A DNA stretch of 64,000 nt from Nemertoderma westbladi. Its lineage: Eukaryota; Animalia; Xenacoelomorpha. Made by a program: the position numbers and the translations under genes. Below are positions 1 through 14,581 of this stretch, piece after piece (the stretch's first letter is position 1; each line of letters starts with the position of its first letter). The stretch is taken from assembly GCA_032718475.1 (NCBI GenBank), contig JAUCBJ010000368.1, positions 1-64,000 on the forward strand, written 5' to 3'. The notes under the pieces were generated by a model that was not told the DNA's origin, ran no database searches, and was given only the letters and a program-made list of their open reading frames with translations.

Positions 1-125
1 TTAACACAGGGGCTCGTGTTAGTTAACAGTAGGGCTCGTGTTAGTTAACACAAAACACAAAGGCTTGTGTTAGTTAACACAAAACACAAAGGCTTGTTTT
101 AGTTAACACAGGGGGTCGTGCTAGT
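1..125. repeat. Short tandem repeat (TTAGTTAACAC core, ~22-28-bp units), runs off the window start
   Basis: GTGTTAGTTAACAC-like core recurs about five times in bases 1-125. Confidence 0.75.
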
Positions 126-1091
126 GTGCTCTTGGGTGTTTCTGGACCCTAAAATTCTAAAATTGGGTGGAAATTGTTTTTTGTACTACTGAACTTCTTC
201 TGGGTTGTTTAAGAATAGCCAAACAAAATATTTTTAAAATTGGCCCCAAACTGGTTCTGCAATGCCTAAAAGTGCCTTTTTGCGCCAAAGGCTATTACTC
301 CAACACATTAGTTGGAATTTGTCAAAATTTAGCTTATAAGTTCAGAAGACCCTTTGCATCCAATTCTTCTGAACATTTTTAACTGAAAATGGTATGGGGC
401 CAGCATTTAGACCAAAAAGGCATTTTTGATGAAAAAAGGGCTCAGGAGGGCATTTCCAGCCAAATTTGTCCAGAAGAACTAAAGACAAGGGTATTCTGAA
501 CAAGTGTACCAAATTTCAATTCATTTCAGTTAAAATTAGCGAAGAATAGCCTGTTTCATGAAAAAACGTCGTTCTGAGATATGGGTGATTAAAGTTTATC
601 GAACAATTCAAACCTTCCCGCTATTTTAGATAATACCATTTTTCTTTGTCCAACAATAACTTTGTCAAAAATCGTTTTGATTCTTGCTAAACGTACATCC
701 TTCATAAAACCTTATAACCTTAATAAAACAACATTTTAGCAATTTTATTCATATCTGCTACCACGAGAGCCGTTTTTTTATTATGAAAAGGTCCTTATTC
801 AATTGTAAAATATCGTGCTGCTCGAAGGCTTGTCAAAATCAGACTAGCTCTTACGTTTTCGCTATTAACTTGAGTTTGGGAAAAGATATGAGAAAACTGC
901 TTGCAGATTTGAAATCTCCATTAAATTCGGCACATGATAGGATAAAAAAGGTTTTGACAATTTCCAAAATGGATGGTGATACCCCCCCCCCCCTCAACAC
1001 AGTGGCTCGTGCTAGGAACTTTTTTCATATACCTTCCCGGGCTCCATTTATTAGTTCTTTCGCTGTTTACTGGGCTATATTTAATTAACAG

Positions 1092-1922
1092 TGTTTAGCG
1101 GACTTTAGTGGGAATATTCAACGGCTTATTTATTTTGGGTGAAAATATTGACGTGATTTTTTACAGTTGATAATATTCCTCGTTATCTCACCTATCTTCC
1201 ATTAATCTCTCACACAGACCTCGCAAGATGAAAAAGGCATCTCAGGACGAGTGTTAAATAAAGCCTATATAATTTACCGTCCAATAATGTGAGCGGATTC
1301 AATTCCGCCTCACCAACCCCCATAAAGTTGGGAAACGGCGCCTTTAAGCAATATTGGGGAATACGAAATTGATTGCCAATCAACCTCGTATCACCCCCAA
1401 TAAACGGGGACGACAAACCCCAAAGGGCCGTATACAATAGAGGTCAGAGGTTAAACCTCCGGGAGAGGGAAAGTAACAGCAGCGGGGGGGGGGGGGGGGG
1501 GGGGGGGAACACTCCCACAGAGTAAAAGGCGTGAAGTGGGAAATTAGCCAATAAGGGACAAGGAAGGTATCCGCTAGATGAAGGCCACAGTACCGTAAGG
1601 GTGATTAGATTAGATATATTATGCTGTATACCATACCGGTCAGTTAGTTTACTCAGTCACTCAGTGCACACCGGTGACATCTTTGCACCGTCATCGTCAC
1701 CCAATACTATCTTTGTCACGTTACCGGTACATATCTTATCAATCTATTATTGCTGCCTAACTGTAACTTACTGTGTCATATATATATCCCATTATCTGAA
1801 TACCAAGGAACATCAATCAATTCTTACCGTTTCACTACAACGGCCTCGGCCTCGGCACCCAAGGGTAAACACGGTGACGCGTAGCAAATCAAATCCGGTC
1901 GGGATCCCTCGATCCCGTCACA
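1092..1922 (+). mobile_element. Possible solo-LTR-like remnant
   Basis: GC-richer island with G homopolymer, TATA-like stretch (~1613) and an end in ...CCCGTCACA resembling the end of the unit at 21041-23141; left boundary uncertain, no TSD found. Confidence 0.3.
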
Positions 1923-3042
1923 AATAAAATAATGGTAATATTCGTCATGTTTCTTTAACGAGTATATGTTAATACCAGGATAAATAATATAATAATAAGA
2001 AGCATTATTAATAACTTTAATATCAAATACTGATTCACAGTAACTACTTAAATATACTGTAATATACCTACAGTACAGGATCTGAATTTGAATATATCAT
2101 GTTAAATCTAAAATATCTATAAATGCACCGGTACTGCAATTTTAGGTACGGTGGTTTATTTATACCGTCAAGCGGTAGTTTGTTTTTGCGGTCTTTCGTA
2201 ATTTTCATTGCTTTGAATTAAAATTAACACCTTGGAATGGCCATAGGATTACCAAATGGCTATCTAGCTTACAGTTATTTCCATAGAGCTTATTAATTCT
2301 GAGATATTAATTCTACCGAAATTGATTAACACGTCCCACCCTGCCGGACTACTTTGATACATTGGTATCCTTATGGAGAATTTTGTATTTTACTCCCTAC
2401 AGTTTACTCACTCACTACTCAGGGGTGAGTGACTCTGATAAATAGTTTTGAATTCTCCATAAAAAATATACATTTCAGTATACTGCAATCGAAGAAACAG
2501 CTAATAGGTTTTAAGGAAATTTATCGCAAATCATTGACCAATTATAACAAAAATTGAAAATATTTTCGCATTTTATTTACAAATAAAATTTGTGACTATT
2601 TGAGTGAAAAGGGATCTGTTCTAGTATGATAGATTTTTAGGTAGTATGAGATACATAATTTTCTGGGCTTTCTGAATAATAATGTCGGTTGAAAAGTTAT
2701 GAGGAATTCAATATAGCACATTCGGCTACAGGCAACTCGTGACGAAAAAACGCCACGAAAATTTCAAACTTTTTCCTATCTTAATATTTTTTGGGCTGAA
2801 ATTCATAGGTTTTACCAAATAGGGTCTAGCGGACGAACTTGAAAATAAATATCTATACGACGTACCTTGCATCATCTATGGCAAATTAAAGGTGTTCAAA
2901 AAATAGGTATTTTTTTAAAAAGAGCTACGGTAAATCATAACGTACAATTTCACATATATCACATTTTGGCATGTAAACTGCTGAAATGACTTCAGAAATT
3001 ACAGGTTTCCAAATGAGTATATACAAATTACAAATTATTAAT

Positions 3043-3290
3043 TTAAGACAACAAAACTCATTCATTGGTCTCCATTTTTAAGACAACAAAACTCATTCAT
3101 TGGTCTCCATTTTTAAGACAACAAAACTCATTCATTGGTCTCCATTTTTAAGACAACAAAACTCATTCATTGGTCTCCATTTTAAGACAACAAAACTCAT
3201 TCATTGATCTCCATTTTTAAGACAACAAAACTCATTCATTGGTCTCCATTTTAAGACAACAAAACTCATTCATTGGTCTATCTCCATTAT
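3043..3290. repeat. 34-35-bp minisatellite, ~7 copies
   Basis: Unit TAAGACAACAAAACTCATTCATTGGTCTCCATTTT repeated head to tail (period 35: 3044->3079). Confidence 0.95.
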
Positions 3291-3704
3291 CAAAGTCACC
3301 CCACTTTCTTGACGGTACTCAAGGCACACCTCATGTGAAGTCTTCTATACAGTACATTGTATAAGATATTGTGAATAATTTAAAATAGTTTTCCGAATGA
3401 AGAGAGACACATGCATAGGCCTATGTTAATTATTTAATTTAATGTAATAGTGCGGGATTTTAATCAATCAATTCTATACTAACTCGCTCAAAATATAGTG
3501 TATTATAAAGTTTAGTTACAGAAAAGGATATCGAAATCTGCACTTTCTTCTATCACGTACTCTCAAAGGTTTGGAATTCAACTATTCTGGGACTGTATTG
3601 TTTTTTTTTTGAGAACAAAAAAATAATTATTAATACTTAAATTGTTTCTATTTCGCTCGAATATACCCCAAAACCGTTCATTGTATATGTAAACCTCCCT
3701 CACT

Positions 3705-3897
3705 GCGCATACCTGTCCGTAAACCTAACTGTAATTCTATCCGCAAACCTGTGCGCAAACCTGACCTTAAATAAACCTGTCCATTAACCTGTCCATAAAC
3801 CTGACCATTAACCTGTCCATAAACCTGTCCATAAACCTGACCATAAACCTGTCCATAAACCTGACCATTAACCTGTCCATAAATCTGTCCGCAAACC
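3705..3897. repeat. 12-bp tandem repeat (AACCTGTCCATA-like)
   Basis: AAACCTG(T/A)CCAT(A/T) units seen directly, degenerate at the left end. Confidence 0.85.
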
Positions 3898-4717
3898 CCT
3901 GTGTGTGTGTTTTACGTTTACACCCCCTAATAATAGTACTGTACCTATATATTTAGGGTGTCAGTAGTTAATCATCCAGGTGCCAGTGAAGTCCAACACT
4001 TTTCAGGCCAGCAAGCCAAGAACACAGGGGTGTTGTTATGGCGCATCCCAGGACTGACAGACACTAGCTATCACTCATCATCCACCTGCATTGTTTGTTT
4101 TCCAACGGTGGTGATAGCGGTAGTCGCACTCTTTATAAATCACTTTTAAGTGAAGTGAATTCCTACCTGTCTGCATGTGTGCTGTGCAGTTTTATTGCTC
4201 TCTAAAATCACATATGGATAATTCTTCATAGGATAGGAATCAATTACATTCACACATCCGCGTATGTATAATGCACATAAGCCCTACGGATACGGCAAAG
4301 GCATACGGAAACGGATACGGCGATAAGTTACAGTACCCTGTATAACCAATTAGTCACGTAATGATTTGGTGCAACCCTAACAAATTCAATATCAACTATT
4401 GGAATTTTGGCTGCCATAAAAATATATCTCTTAACCTTTCAGTATTCTATTTTAACTATTTCAGACTTTTTTTAAAGCGTTTAGCTAACAATTCATATGA
4501 TATAGTGTAAATTATAAAAAATGTTTGAATATTGATTGCGAAATTTACAAACCTTACTGCTGTACAAGTTTCACGCAAAAATTGCAACTTTTGGAAAAAT
4601 TTCGAATAACAAATTACCGCCCCAGCGCGAAAGTTTTGTAAACTCCGCACACTTTATAGATAAGCTAGTGATTAAGACTATGTGGGATATAATACTGCAA
4701 TGATCATAATTCGCGAA

Positions 4718-4969
<252 letters not shown>

Positions 4970-5239
4970 TCAAGGCCTTCTGGGATCATCATGGTTGTTG
5001 TCTAGAGCAGCCTTTGGGCGACTTTGGATTCGATTGTGATTGGTTATATTAATTCAATTCACTCCACTGGTTTTCCAGTGACGTAACATTGTTCATACTA
5101 TGCTACTAATTAATTGTGGCCCGCATAACTGCATAAATCAGTATATTGTTGCAGGATATCCCCTAAAGAATTTAAAAAAACAACGGATATTAAAAAGGGA
5201 CCGCAGATTAAAAATCAACGGTTGAAATTAAAAAGCCAC

Positions 5240-6500
5240 ACTACTGCTACTACTAGGATCGGCATGCTGCATTGCAGCTGCATTTTTAAGAATGCTGTGC
5301 CGGCTTGTCGACAAAATTGCGCTGCCACAACTCCCTATCACCCATGACATTTGCTAGATCATCCGCATCTTCAAGGCCAGTGTCCTTTAAGATGCGTCTC
5401 AAGAAAGTCATGGGCTGTCCACCATGCTTATTCACTCCATGAGGCTGCCAAAGTACAAGATTATGCACTGGCTGGTCCTCACGGCGAAAGCAATATCCTG
5501 CAAAATGGAGGCGATTTTCTTCTAGTGTCAAGCTTGGGGGAACCAATGAGACACCTCCAATGTTATATAGTGACTGGTTGGAGATATGTGTATTGTACTT
5601 GACACAATGAACCCGGCGTAGCATTCTTGTGAATGTGCCATCCAGAGATTTGGTGTCCTCTGCAGTTACAGCCCAGCATGGACTCCCATAGATGAGTACT
5701 GGAACTACTGCTGCTCTAAATAATCGGACCTTAAGTTTCCGATTAATTCTCGGTGACTTCCAAATCCTGGAAAGCCTATTCAAGGCTGCCCATGCCTTTC
5801 CCTTGCGTATTCGAAGGTCCTCACCTGACTTCCGGATCCATGATCCCAGGTAACAGAAGTCGTCCACATGCTCAAGCAAAGGCCCTACCATCCTTTGAGC
5901 TTATGCTCTTCCGATCAGAGACTTGCTGAGGACTTTCAAAGTTAACTGTCACAATTTTTCGTCTTTCTGGAGTTAATAAAAAGACCAACACTAGATGAAG
6001 CCTGTTCTAATGAGCTGAGGAGCCGTTGTGCTCCCTCCAGTGATTCTGAGAGTACTCCTAAGTCATCAGCAAAGTCTAGATCAGATAGATACTTGGCAGG
6101 ATTTCCTCGACTTCTGGAGCCAGTAGCTGGAGTTATCATCACCCCATCATCATTATGATGATCTAAGGACATGCGTAGATCATAGTCAACCACAATTATG
6201 AACAAGAATGGTGCAAGTGTGTCTCCTTGGAGGACTCCCCATAATACTGCAAATGGTTCTGTGTCACCATCAACAGTAGACACAAATGTTGTCGAACCAT
6301 CATATACTGATCTGATTGCTGCAATAATTTCATCAGGAATCCAATATAATGAAAGTATGCTGAACATACGTGAGCGAGAAACTGAATCAGAGGCCTTGAA
6401 GAAGTCAACAAAGATAACAGCCAGATGCCTGTCTTTCTTTTTTTAAACTCTTCAATTATCCTTCTAAGTGCCAAAATGGGCTCCATGGTCCCACGACCTT
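5240..6500 (-). mobile_element. 5'-truncated, frameshifted RTE-clade LINE (reverse transcriptase C-terminal half) in intron 4
   Basis: ORFs 6196-6486, 5942-6367 and 5286-5891 give GVLQGDTLAPFLFIIVVDY, DLDFADDL, FCYLGSWI and LIYGSPCWAVT, typical of RTE RT; short (TAG)n-like tail near 5241-5256. Confidence 0.9.
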
Positions 6501-6547
6501 TAAGATCGAGACTAAACTTTAACAGTTGTTAATTTTTGTTAATATTA

Positions 6548-6772
<225 letters not shown>

Positions 6773-7067
6773 CTAAAAGAAATCAGGGCAATGGGAAGGA
6801 ATCAGTCTACTTACTTATGTATCATTAATTGGACAGATAGGGGAGGACTTTCGACCCAATTCGTTAGATAATATGACAAATCGTGATACATCGGGTTATG
6901 GCAATGGTATGAGAAATAGTTACATAGTATCATTATGTCCCTACTATGGCAATTACCCGAGGGGTCCTAGTAGTATGCATTATACATGCGCTTATAAAAT
7001 ATTATATTAAAATACACTCAAATTAACTTAAACTAAAAGTAATCTACTATAATTCTGACAGACTAAC

Positions 7068-7245
7068 CTCATAGTCAGCGGTTTTTTGTTTGCACCATGC
7101 CAGTAGTAGTTCCTTGGCAGTACTCCCGCTACGCACCACTCCTCCTCCAGCTGCTGGCTTACTCTCGCTGACTAGACTTCCTATAAGCCCGAGCTTTCCT
7201 TTAGACGTAGGGAGAGACGCATATTTGGGCGCGACTTTGCTTTGA
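7068..7245 (-). CDS. SMTN-like: Smoothelin-like protein, exon 3 (linker and CH start)
   Basis: Acceptor ttccacag, donor GTTAGT; open frame ending ...STAKELLLAWCKQKTADYE (CH helix A, LL.WC..KT..YE); 178 nt keeps phase. Confidence 0.9.
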
Positions 7246-8914
7246 CTGTGGAATAAATTAGTTTCAGTATAGTAATAGTAATAAATGTAAAGTTATATTA
7301 ATATTTCTTAATCCTCAGTTGGACTAGAATAAGCTGTTGAAAGCTTTAGCTTCCCGGTGTCAAAATTAGCATCTAATAGGAAGTTTGTTCATATAGTTTG
7401 TTCATAGTTTGTTCATGTACCGTACCTACTTACTCCTGGGGCTATAATGTGTAATCAAAAATACAAAGATCTAATCTACAAACCCTTTAGCTCGAGATTC
7501 AATATACCATGCTCTTCACAGTCTTCCTTTATAATAATGGAATGAATAATTAATTGTTCATATATCAAATGAACCATTATTTAGCAGTCGGTTCGGTTAA
7601 CCCACTTATCAACTTTCGACTATAATATTAAGTGGTCTTTTAAGAGGTATGGGGATGACTAACGTAATTAATAAACACTCTGTCTCTAATTTATTAATCT
7701 CACAGCACAAATTTAATTAGTATAAGGTTGTCGTCTTGTATTGAAGTGATTAACCTTATTGTTAGTCAGAAAACTTCCTTTAATATTTTTGAACGGCACA
7801 ATCTATTGTCTATTTTATGTTTGTTCGATACACCCACCACCGCAATGCTAATTTATATTTCTTCTTCCTTATCTATAAAACAATAAAACAATCCCAAGAT
7901 CAAACTTGGCAACCTACAACTGATAATTACTCACATAGATTTGTAGGCCTATTCAATTACATTATTCTAACTTTTACATAGATATATCAATTGACTTGAA
8001 CGTTAATTGTAATTACATCCATAATTTGCGTGTGGAAATTCCTTATCCCTGGGGAATTAGTTCGCATGTGGTGGTGAATCGCTGATCTGGACGTGGACAG
8101 GTCTCAGGAGCAATATATACCACCTATCTCAGTAGGGGATATAACTTGGTTGAGCCAAGTTAAATTAATCCGTTACAAATACTTCGCAATTATAATCGGA
8201 AAGCAGTAACAGATGTTTGAGCTTATTCCATATTTATGCATTTTCTCGACTGAGGAGTCATTGATCTCTTATGGGGCGTATACTGAAGGACACAGACCAC
8301 CACACTACTTGGTTATTGAGAAAAGGAGGGCAGGGGGGGGGGGGGGGGGCAATTTGACTTAACTCAAATCTTCGAATTAATATCTCGTTTTATTGTTAAA
8401 TTATCAATTAAGTAAGGGTAAGGAGCAGGTTAAAGTACCACGTTTTTCTAACCAAAACAATAAACTAAAATCAATAGAATAGGTTACAGTTTTATTTATG
8501 GGAGTAACAAGATGTTTTTTGGTTTGGTCGATTTTCCCCTGGAGAGGGAGAAATTTTGAATGCACCGAAATATCCCAATACCTGCAGTTATCATATTATA
8601 TATGTCAATTTCATATGCAAGAGCTTCCACGAACAACTAATATAGAGGTAAAATTCTCCATAAAACTATTTTATTACTGAGCTATTAGATTTAGAACAAT
8701 CAATTATTAGGCCTCCTTGTAGTGTGAGTCAGATTCAACAGCCCAATCACATCTAACTTACTTGAGAAATAGTACAAACTTAACTAAAGTTAGTACAACT
8801 TTGCGAATACTACAAATATATTATCATATTGGCTATTGGCTCTGCCACTTACACGTCGCTGTTCTCAAACATATTTATTTATGTGTTGACTGGTTGCTAG
8901 ATTGCAATACTAAC

Positions 8915-9191
8915 GTTGTTGATGATTGAGACGACACTTGAGACATTGACGATGCAGTTTTTCTCGTGGCCGTTGATGTTGATGTTGATGATTTGTGTGT
9001 TTTGGTGGCACCGTCGGTACTTTCGGTCTTAGTAATGGTGATTTTACTGCTTAATTCGGAGGTTAACTTTTTTTCCTCTTGACTATCTTCTAGTGTGGAT
9101 TGTCCATCACCACTATTGGTTTTTTTAACTGCAACTTTACTACTAGATTCGGAGGCTGTTAAATTTTTCTCTTCTTGGCTTGACTTCGTAA
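8915..9191 (-). CDS. SMTN-like: Smoothelin-like protein, exon 2 (Ser/Thr/Lys-rich linker)
   Basis: Acceptor accacag, donor GTTAGT; 277-nt open frame TKSSQEEKNLTASESS...SQVSSQSST; phase 1 in and phase 2 out fit the flanking exons. Confidence 0.8.
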
Positions 9192-9844
9192 CTGTGGTAA
9201 CAAAACCGCATTATAAAACTTACTTACATTTAATTGAGTTCATTAATACTCTGATACTAAAATGGGGTGGGGGTATCTGACTATGCTGATGTTACTGCCT
9301 GTACTACAGTCTACAGTACAGGCAGTAACATCAGCATCACCAATTTTTATGGAAAATGGGTATATTTTACAGGGGGAACCGGTAAACGTAATGGTACAAT
9401 AATGTCTATAAAATTAAATAAGAATTCAATTCATTATTATTTATATTAATTTAAAAACACTAAGGGGGGAGGAAAGGCGTATGTTAGGCGTATGGCGGTG
9501 TTTCTAACTGAAACAATATACGAGAAAGTTAACATTATTGAAAACATCCCTTCGAAATTATCTTTATAAGACATTTAATAGGCAGAGGCGTAGCGAGCCC
9601 TTCTGGCGCCCCCGCCCCCCGGAATAAAGCTGAGATAGCGTCACCCCCACTCCCCCCCCCCCCTTATTCAATAATTTAAACTATTCATTTATGACATTTC
9701 TTCTTAAGTATAATATATATCTAACAGTATATAACTATATCAAATCGAGTTATTATATACTAGTTTGATATATTATAAAATAAGTATAATAATAGTGCAC
9801 TTATAATATATTTAATATAAATAAATTAAATAAAATAAATACTG

Positions 9845-10152
9845 TATATGAGGCGCCGATAACGCCAAAAGGTCAGCAATAATATTAGAGGTTTTAAAAA
9901 GAATATTAGATAATTTAAAAACATATTTTCGTACACTTGTTACATTTTTTCAGCTCTTCCATTTGATGACATTTCCGGCCGAAATTTCGACCGAAATTAC
10001 GGCCAAAATATTTGATTACATTTTCAGCTCTTGCATTTGATGACATTTTAGGCCGAAATTTCGGCCGAAAATATGTTTTTTAATCCTCTAATATTCTTTT
10101 TAAAACCTTTGATACTATTGCTGACCTTTTGGCGTTAACGGCGCCTCATATA
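9845..10152. mobile_element. MITE with ~85-bp terminal inverted repeats (intron 1), possibly nested in a hAT-like MITE (~9583-10243)
   Basis: TATATGAGGCGCCG(A/T)TAACGCCAAAAGGTCAGCAATA... at 9845 is the reverse complement of ~10065-10152; outer ends AGGCGTAGC / GCTACGCCT. Confidence 0.75.
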
Positions 10153-10327
10153 AATAGAATGCGAGCGAAGTGAGCAGATAATATATTGCGCCCGGGGAAC
10201 GATCTCCCTCCCCCCAATGAAACCGCCCCTGGCTACGCCTACGGCTCTATTTATAGATCTTTATACCTGTACATACTGCATCCATCTTAATTCAATGGTT
10301 ACTCTCAGTTCCGGTACGATGACCAAC

Positions 10328-10502
10328 CTGTAGTACCGGTACTTGAAGCAGAGCTTTGCGATGTAGCGGTAGCACAATGTTTACGGAGTTCCCTAAGTTG
10401 GATTCGGATTTGTCTCCTTTGGTCAGCATCTTCGGTTTGCGCGATCAAGTCTTCTAACTTCTTTTCCTCCATATTATCGACTACAGCGACCGTTGCGGCC
10501 AT
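10328..10502 (-). CDS. SMTN-like: Smoothelin-like protein, first coding exon (smoothelin N-terminal domain)
   Basis: ATG at 10502; MAATVAVVDNMEEKKLEDLIAQTEDADQRRQIRIQLRELRK resembles the smoothelin domain (M.E..L..LL..T.D..ERR.IR..IREL); donor CAG|GTTGGT phase 1. Five exons total 936 nt = 311 aa plus stop. Confidence 0.85.
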
Positions 10503-11834
10503 AGTGAGATAGTCTTCCTTCCACCAGCCGTCAAAGCTCGTCGAATACAAATTAAATTAATTTAGTGTAAATAAATTATCAATGAAAACGAATAATCCTA
10601 ATAATATAATGCTCTGCTTCATAATACTGTAATATACTGATATGGGCCTATCGGAGTTCTAATGTTCGCTTTCAGTGGAAAATGCATTGAAATTTATTTC
10701 TAAGTTTTATTAGATTACACTGGACAAGTATGAAATAACTTGAGACTAATATAGGAAGGTATACTGCATGTTACGGATACGGATATACCTGGCAATTTTA
10801 CAAACTATTAAGGGAAAATAGTCTGTAGTATCAAAGTCTATTGTTAATGCCATGTCATTCTAAACAATAAACATGAAACAAAATAAAGTAGCGCATAATT
10901 CATAATAATTATATAGAGAAAATAACCCAACCAGTGGTCAATTCACAATGACGTCCACAAATAATGGGGACAAAGGGTTAATCCAATATTGTTATCAGCA
11001 AATCAGTCTATTAAAATAGATACTGAGATAGGTGTCACTCATTAAAAATATCATTAAAGCGATTTCAACAACTCCTTGTACTGTACCAACTCCCACTGCA
11101 AAACGCTACCAATATAAAATTATTAATAATTGTAACTCACTCTGTAGTAGTGTAGTAGGGTAGGCTAGGCATTAAATACAAATATGGCATCCAATTTGTC
11201 CAGCAATACATTACAGGATTATTCTTCAACCCATCAAGACCAATAATGCTGCTCCCTGGACGGACAAGGTTACCCTATTGGTCACACAATGATATGTGTT
11301 ATAATCCTGCCCAACTACAGGAAATTCTTCTTATTCTCCTTTTCCCAGATTCCTTGGGAAGCTTCAGACTACGCCTCACACCATAAATAATACTCCTGGT
11401 ATGGTGTCAATATAATTTCGTAGTCAATAACTCTAGTCCGTAAAAACACGGTTGTGTCTGGGAAGTCGGTAAGTCTCCCCCTCCCCCCAGTGAACCAAAG
11501 AAAGGGGTGAAAATCAGAGAGGGGCGCGAAAAATTGGAGAAGGGAAAATAGGGCGAGAAAATATAATAAAGGGGGAATGAGGAGAGGGATATAGTGAAAA
11601 AGTAAATCCAAATTACAAATAACGATTCAACACATTTCCAATTTATTTAATTATGATTTTGCTACTAGAAACGAGAATGACAGTTGTTGTCACTTACACT
11701 ACACGTGCAGTAAATGAAAAGTTACGAGAGACAGAACAATGTAAAACTATAGTTTAGGTTGTACAATGAAAACACAATTTTCTGAAATATCATAATATAT
11801 TATAATATTTACTTATAATGTTAGGCCCTGCAGC

Positions 11835-13060
11835 GGCGAGCCTCTTGGCATACGGTTCATATAGGGGAAATGGGGCATGTCCGTTTGTCTGGTGAATGTT
11901 TGAACGCGAATTTCTCGGCATCGCTGGTTCGGAATTGAAACAAACTTAGAAGGTAAGTAAAAGTAGTAGAGGAAAAAATTTAGAAAATTTGCAAAGTTTG
12001 GTGAAAAATCATGCAGTCTGACCTCAGCTACGACAGATTATGTGGTTATTAGAAAATGTGAAATTTCTAAATTTGAAATTTTGGTTGCTTGTAGAGAATC
12101 ATGAAGTCTATCTATTAGGAAATTTAAAAGTTGAGACATTAAATTGGAGATCGGCTAGAGACTCCGAAGTAATGACATTAATAATTAATCATAATTATTT
12201 TTTAAGTCATTAGATATGGTGAAAGCCAACAACAATTAGTTTCCATTGATTGCAGGCATGGCCCCTCCATTCTTTTTTCAGTCATTCTCTTTCACCCTCA
12301 TCTTACCCACCCACCTTGGCAGCACTAGCTCAGCTATTAGTCTGGGTGTGGTGGTGTACATCTCACCAAAAAAATTTCTTGTGATTCAAATTTAAGCTAT
12401 GTCTATTGTATTTGGTTTGATGGAGCATAATAATAAATAAATTCAAAATTCATTCAAATTCATAGGCCTACCGGTACGGTACTGCTGTACTGTGCAGATA
12501 TGGTAAGTACGAAATAATTGCAGAATAACAAATTTGACACCACCTAGAGGCATATTATATTATTGTATATCGAATGAATACATTTATAGCATGGAATATG
12601 GGGTGCGAGCCACGAAGTTAGCAGAGCCTTTGTGAACTGACTCTATCTATCTATTAGTGGGGTAGGTCAATTATGGCAAATAGTTAATTCAATAATTGTA
12701 CTGTATATCACCATCGTCGCTACGATTTTGACTTACTTATAACTTCCTCAGATTTAAAGCTGTCGAGTCGAAAATTAGTAGGCATCAATAAGACCATAAG
12801 TTGAGTGAATTTTTAGGGACTTTCAGACACCATCAAGTCAACAGTCTCTCACTAGAGTGCTACATGTACATATAATATCCTCATATTTCTTTGCTTTACA
12901 CCGTTCTTCTAGCTGGAACTTGGCATATTTGTAATAGACCATTAACTGTGTCATTCAAAGGAGGCTCATAACTGTATACTGTATACTCATACCAATGTAC
13001 ATAACTGATTTACCTCATAAGTGAGCCTCGTGCTGCGCGAAGGCCCCACGAACTTGTTGT
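11835..13060 (+). mobile_element. Non-autonomous interspersed repeat, DINE-1/HINE-like
   Basis: 11838-12600 aligns in two blocks to 26354-26840; the 3' part (12600-13050) resembles the reverse complement of 50980-51450; short GTCT-type microsatellite near the 5' end; ends CGTGCTGCGCGAAGGCCCCACGAAC. Confidence 0.6.
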
Positions 13061-14007
13061 AATTTTCTAGTCTAGTATATCTAGTATTAAATTGTGATTC
13101 TACGAAATTTTACTTAAGCAAATTTTAGTTTGAGGAACAGGGAAATTTTTGGGATGGGTGTTGAATATTGTTGGGTGTAGTTTGTAGGATGTGGGAATGA
13201 ATTTTTTTTGGGGTAGGGGGTCGAAACTGGGTGGTGGGGGGGGGGGGGGGGGTGGTTGGGGGACTAAAATATGAGATATTGTTACAGTCCCCCAACGAAA
13301 ATGACTCCCGTACGCCTATGGTGTCACTGAAATCTCGTTTGCAGTAAAATATATTCATTAAGTTGTATATCATACCGTTTGAAGAGGTTATTTTTAATTT
13401 TTTGTTGTTTTCTTAACTGTGTTACTGTGTATGTGTGAGTGAAGTATGTATAATGCTGATTTTAACACACAAATGTTTGCTTTTCAATAATGATATGGTG
13501 ATATAATGATATGGATATGGTTGAATTAATATAACTTGTAAACATTATCGGTGCCGGTGCATGTGCTAATATGCCTACTGTTGAATATCATATATTAACA
13601 AAAATACCTAATAAAAAGATAAACCTTAGCCGCTAACTGATCTTTCAACCTCAATCATAATAACCAATCGATATGCCTTCATTTTTAGTTATACTAAATA
13701 CCGTTGTGTAAAGTAATTAATAAACAATTTTCTTTGCTCTCTACGCTCGGCTCCATTATTACATAAAATTAGTTTGTAAATGTTAATAACAAAATGCCCT
13801 TTCGTACTGCACAATTTCGCGCAATTTTTTCAAATACATAGAAACATTATTTTTTCATATGGCAAAATTCGAAAAATCGTAGCAGAATACACGCTGACAT
13901 GCTTTATTTAAATACATACAGATTTCGTTGAAAAATTATTGCTTATATAAAAAACAAACTATTCTCTAAACATAAACCATGAATTTATATTAAAAAAAAA
14001 TGGAACG

Positions 14008-14202
14008 GTTGGGTGCATTCTTCGCCCGCAAGTCAATCTTCTCCCGCAAGCAACGTTCGCCCCCAATAAGATTTGTGTTAGTAACCATTTTAGTTACAAA
14101 TTAAGGGAAAGGAGCAGTTTAGAGAGACGGCTTTTCTAACCAAAACAATAATAGTTTTAATGGGCGAAGGTTGCTCGCGGGCGAAAGTTGCTGCGTACCA
14201 AA
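14008..14202. mobile_element. Small MITE-like element
   Basis: TTCGCCCGC motifs at left are inverted relative to GCGGGCGAA/GGGCGAA at right; the interior matches 8413-8463. Confidence 0.45.
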
Positions 14203-14230
14203 TGAACTTGTATGTATAGGCGGGGTGGGG

Positions 14231-14581
14231 AAAACCTTAACGAACCTGCCTGTATGTATAGGCCGGTGAGTATTTTGTCAAAACCTTAACGAACCTGCCT
14301 GCATGTATAGGCCGGTGAGTATTTTGTCAAAACATTAACGAACCTGCCTGTATGTATAGGCCGGGTGAGTATTTTGTCAAAACCTTAACGAACCTGCCTG
14401 TATGTATAGGCCGGTGAGTATTTTGTCAAAACATTAACGAACCTGCCTGTCATGCATAGGCCGGTGGTCAGTATTTTGTCAAAACCTTAACGAACCTGCC
14501 TGTATGTATAGGCCGGGTGAGTATTTTGTCAAAAACCTTAACGAACCTGCCTGTATCTATAGGCCGGGGTGAGTATTTTGC
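14231..14581. repeat. ~49-53-bp minisatellite, 7 copies
   Basis: Unit AAACCTTAACGAACCTGCCTGTATGTATAGGCCGGTGAGTATTTTGTCA (period 49: 14232->14281). Confidence 0.95.

Noticed and set aside
3043-3290. CRISPR-like 35-bp repeat
   Set aside because: Head-to-tail minisatellite with no spacers
167-4650. Short ORFs at 167, 783, 1210, 1601, 3958 and 4456, and similar ones between 11 and 21 kb
   Set aside because: No recognisable motifs or exon structure; consistent with chance ORFs in repeats and intergenic DNA
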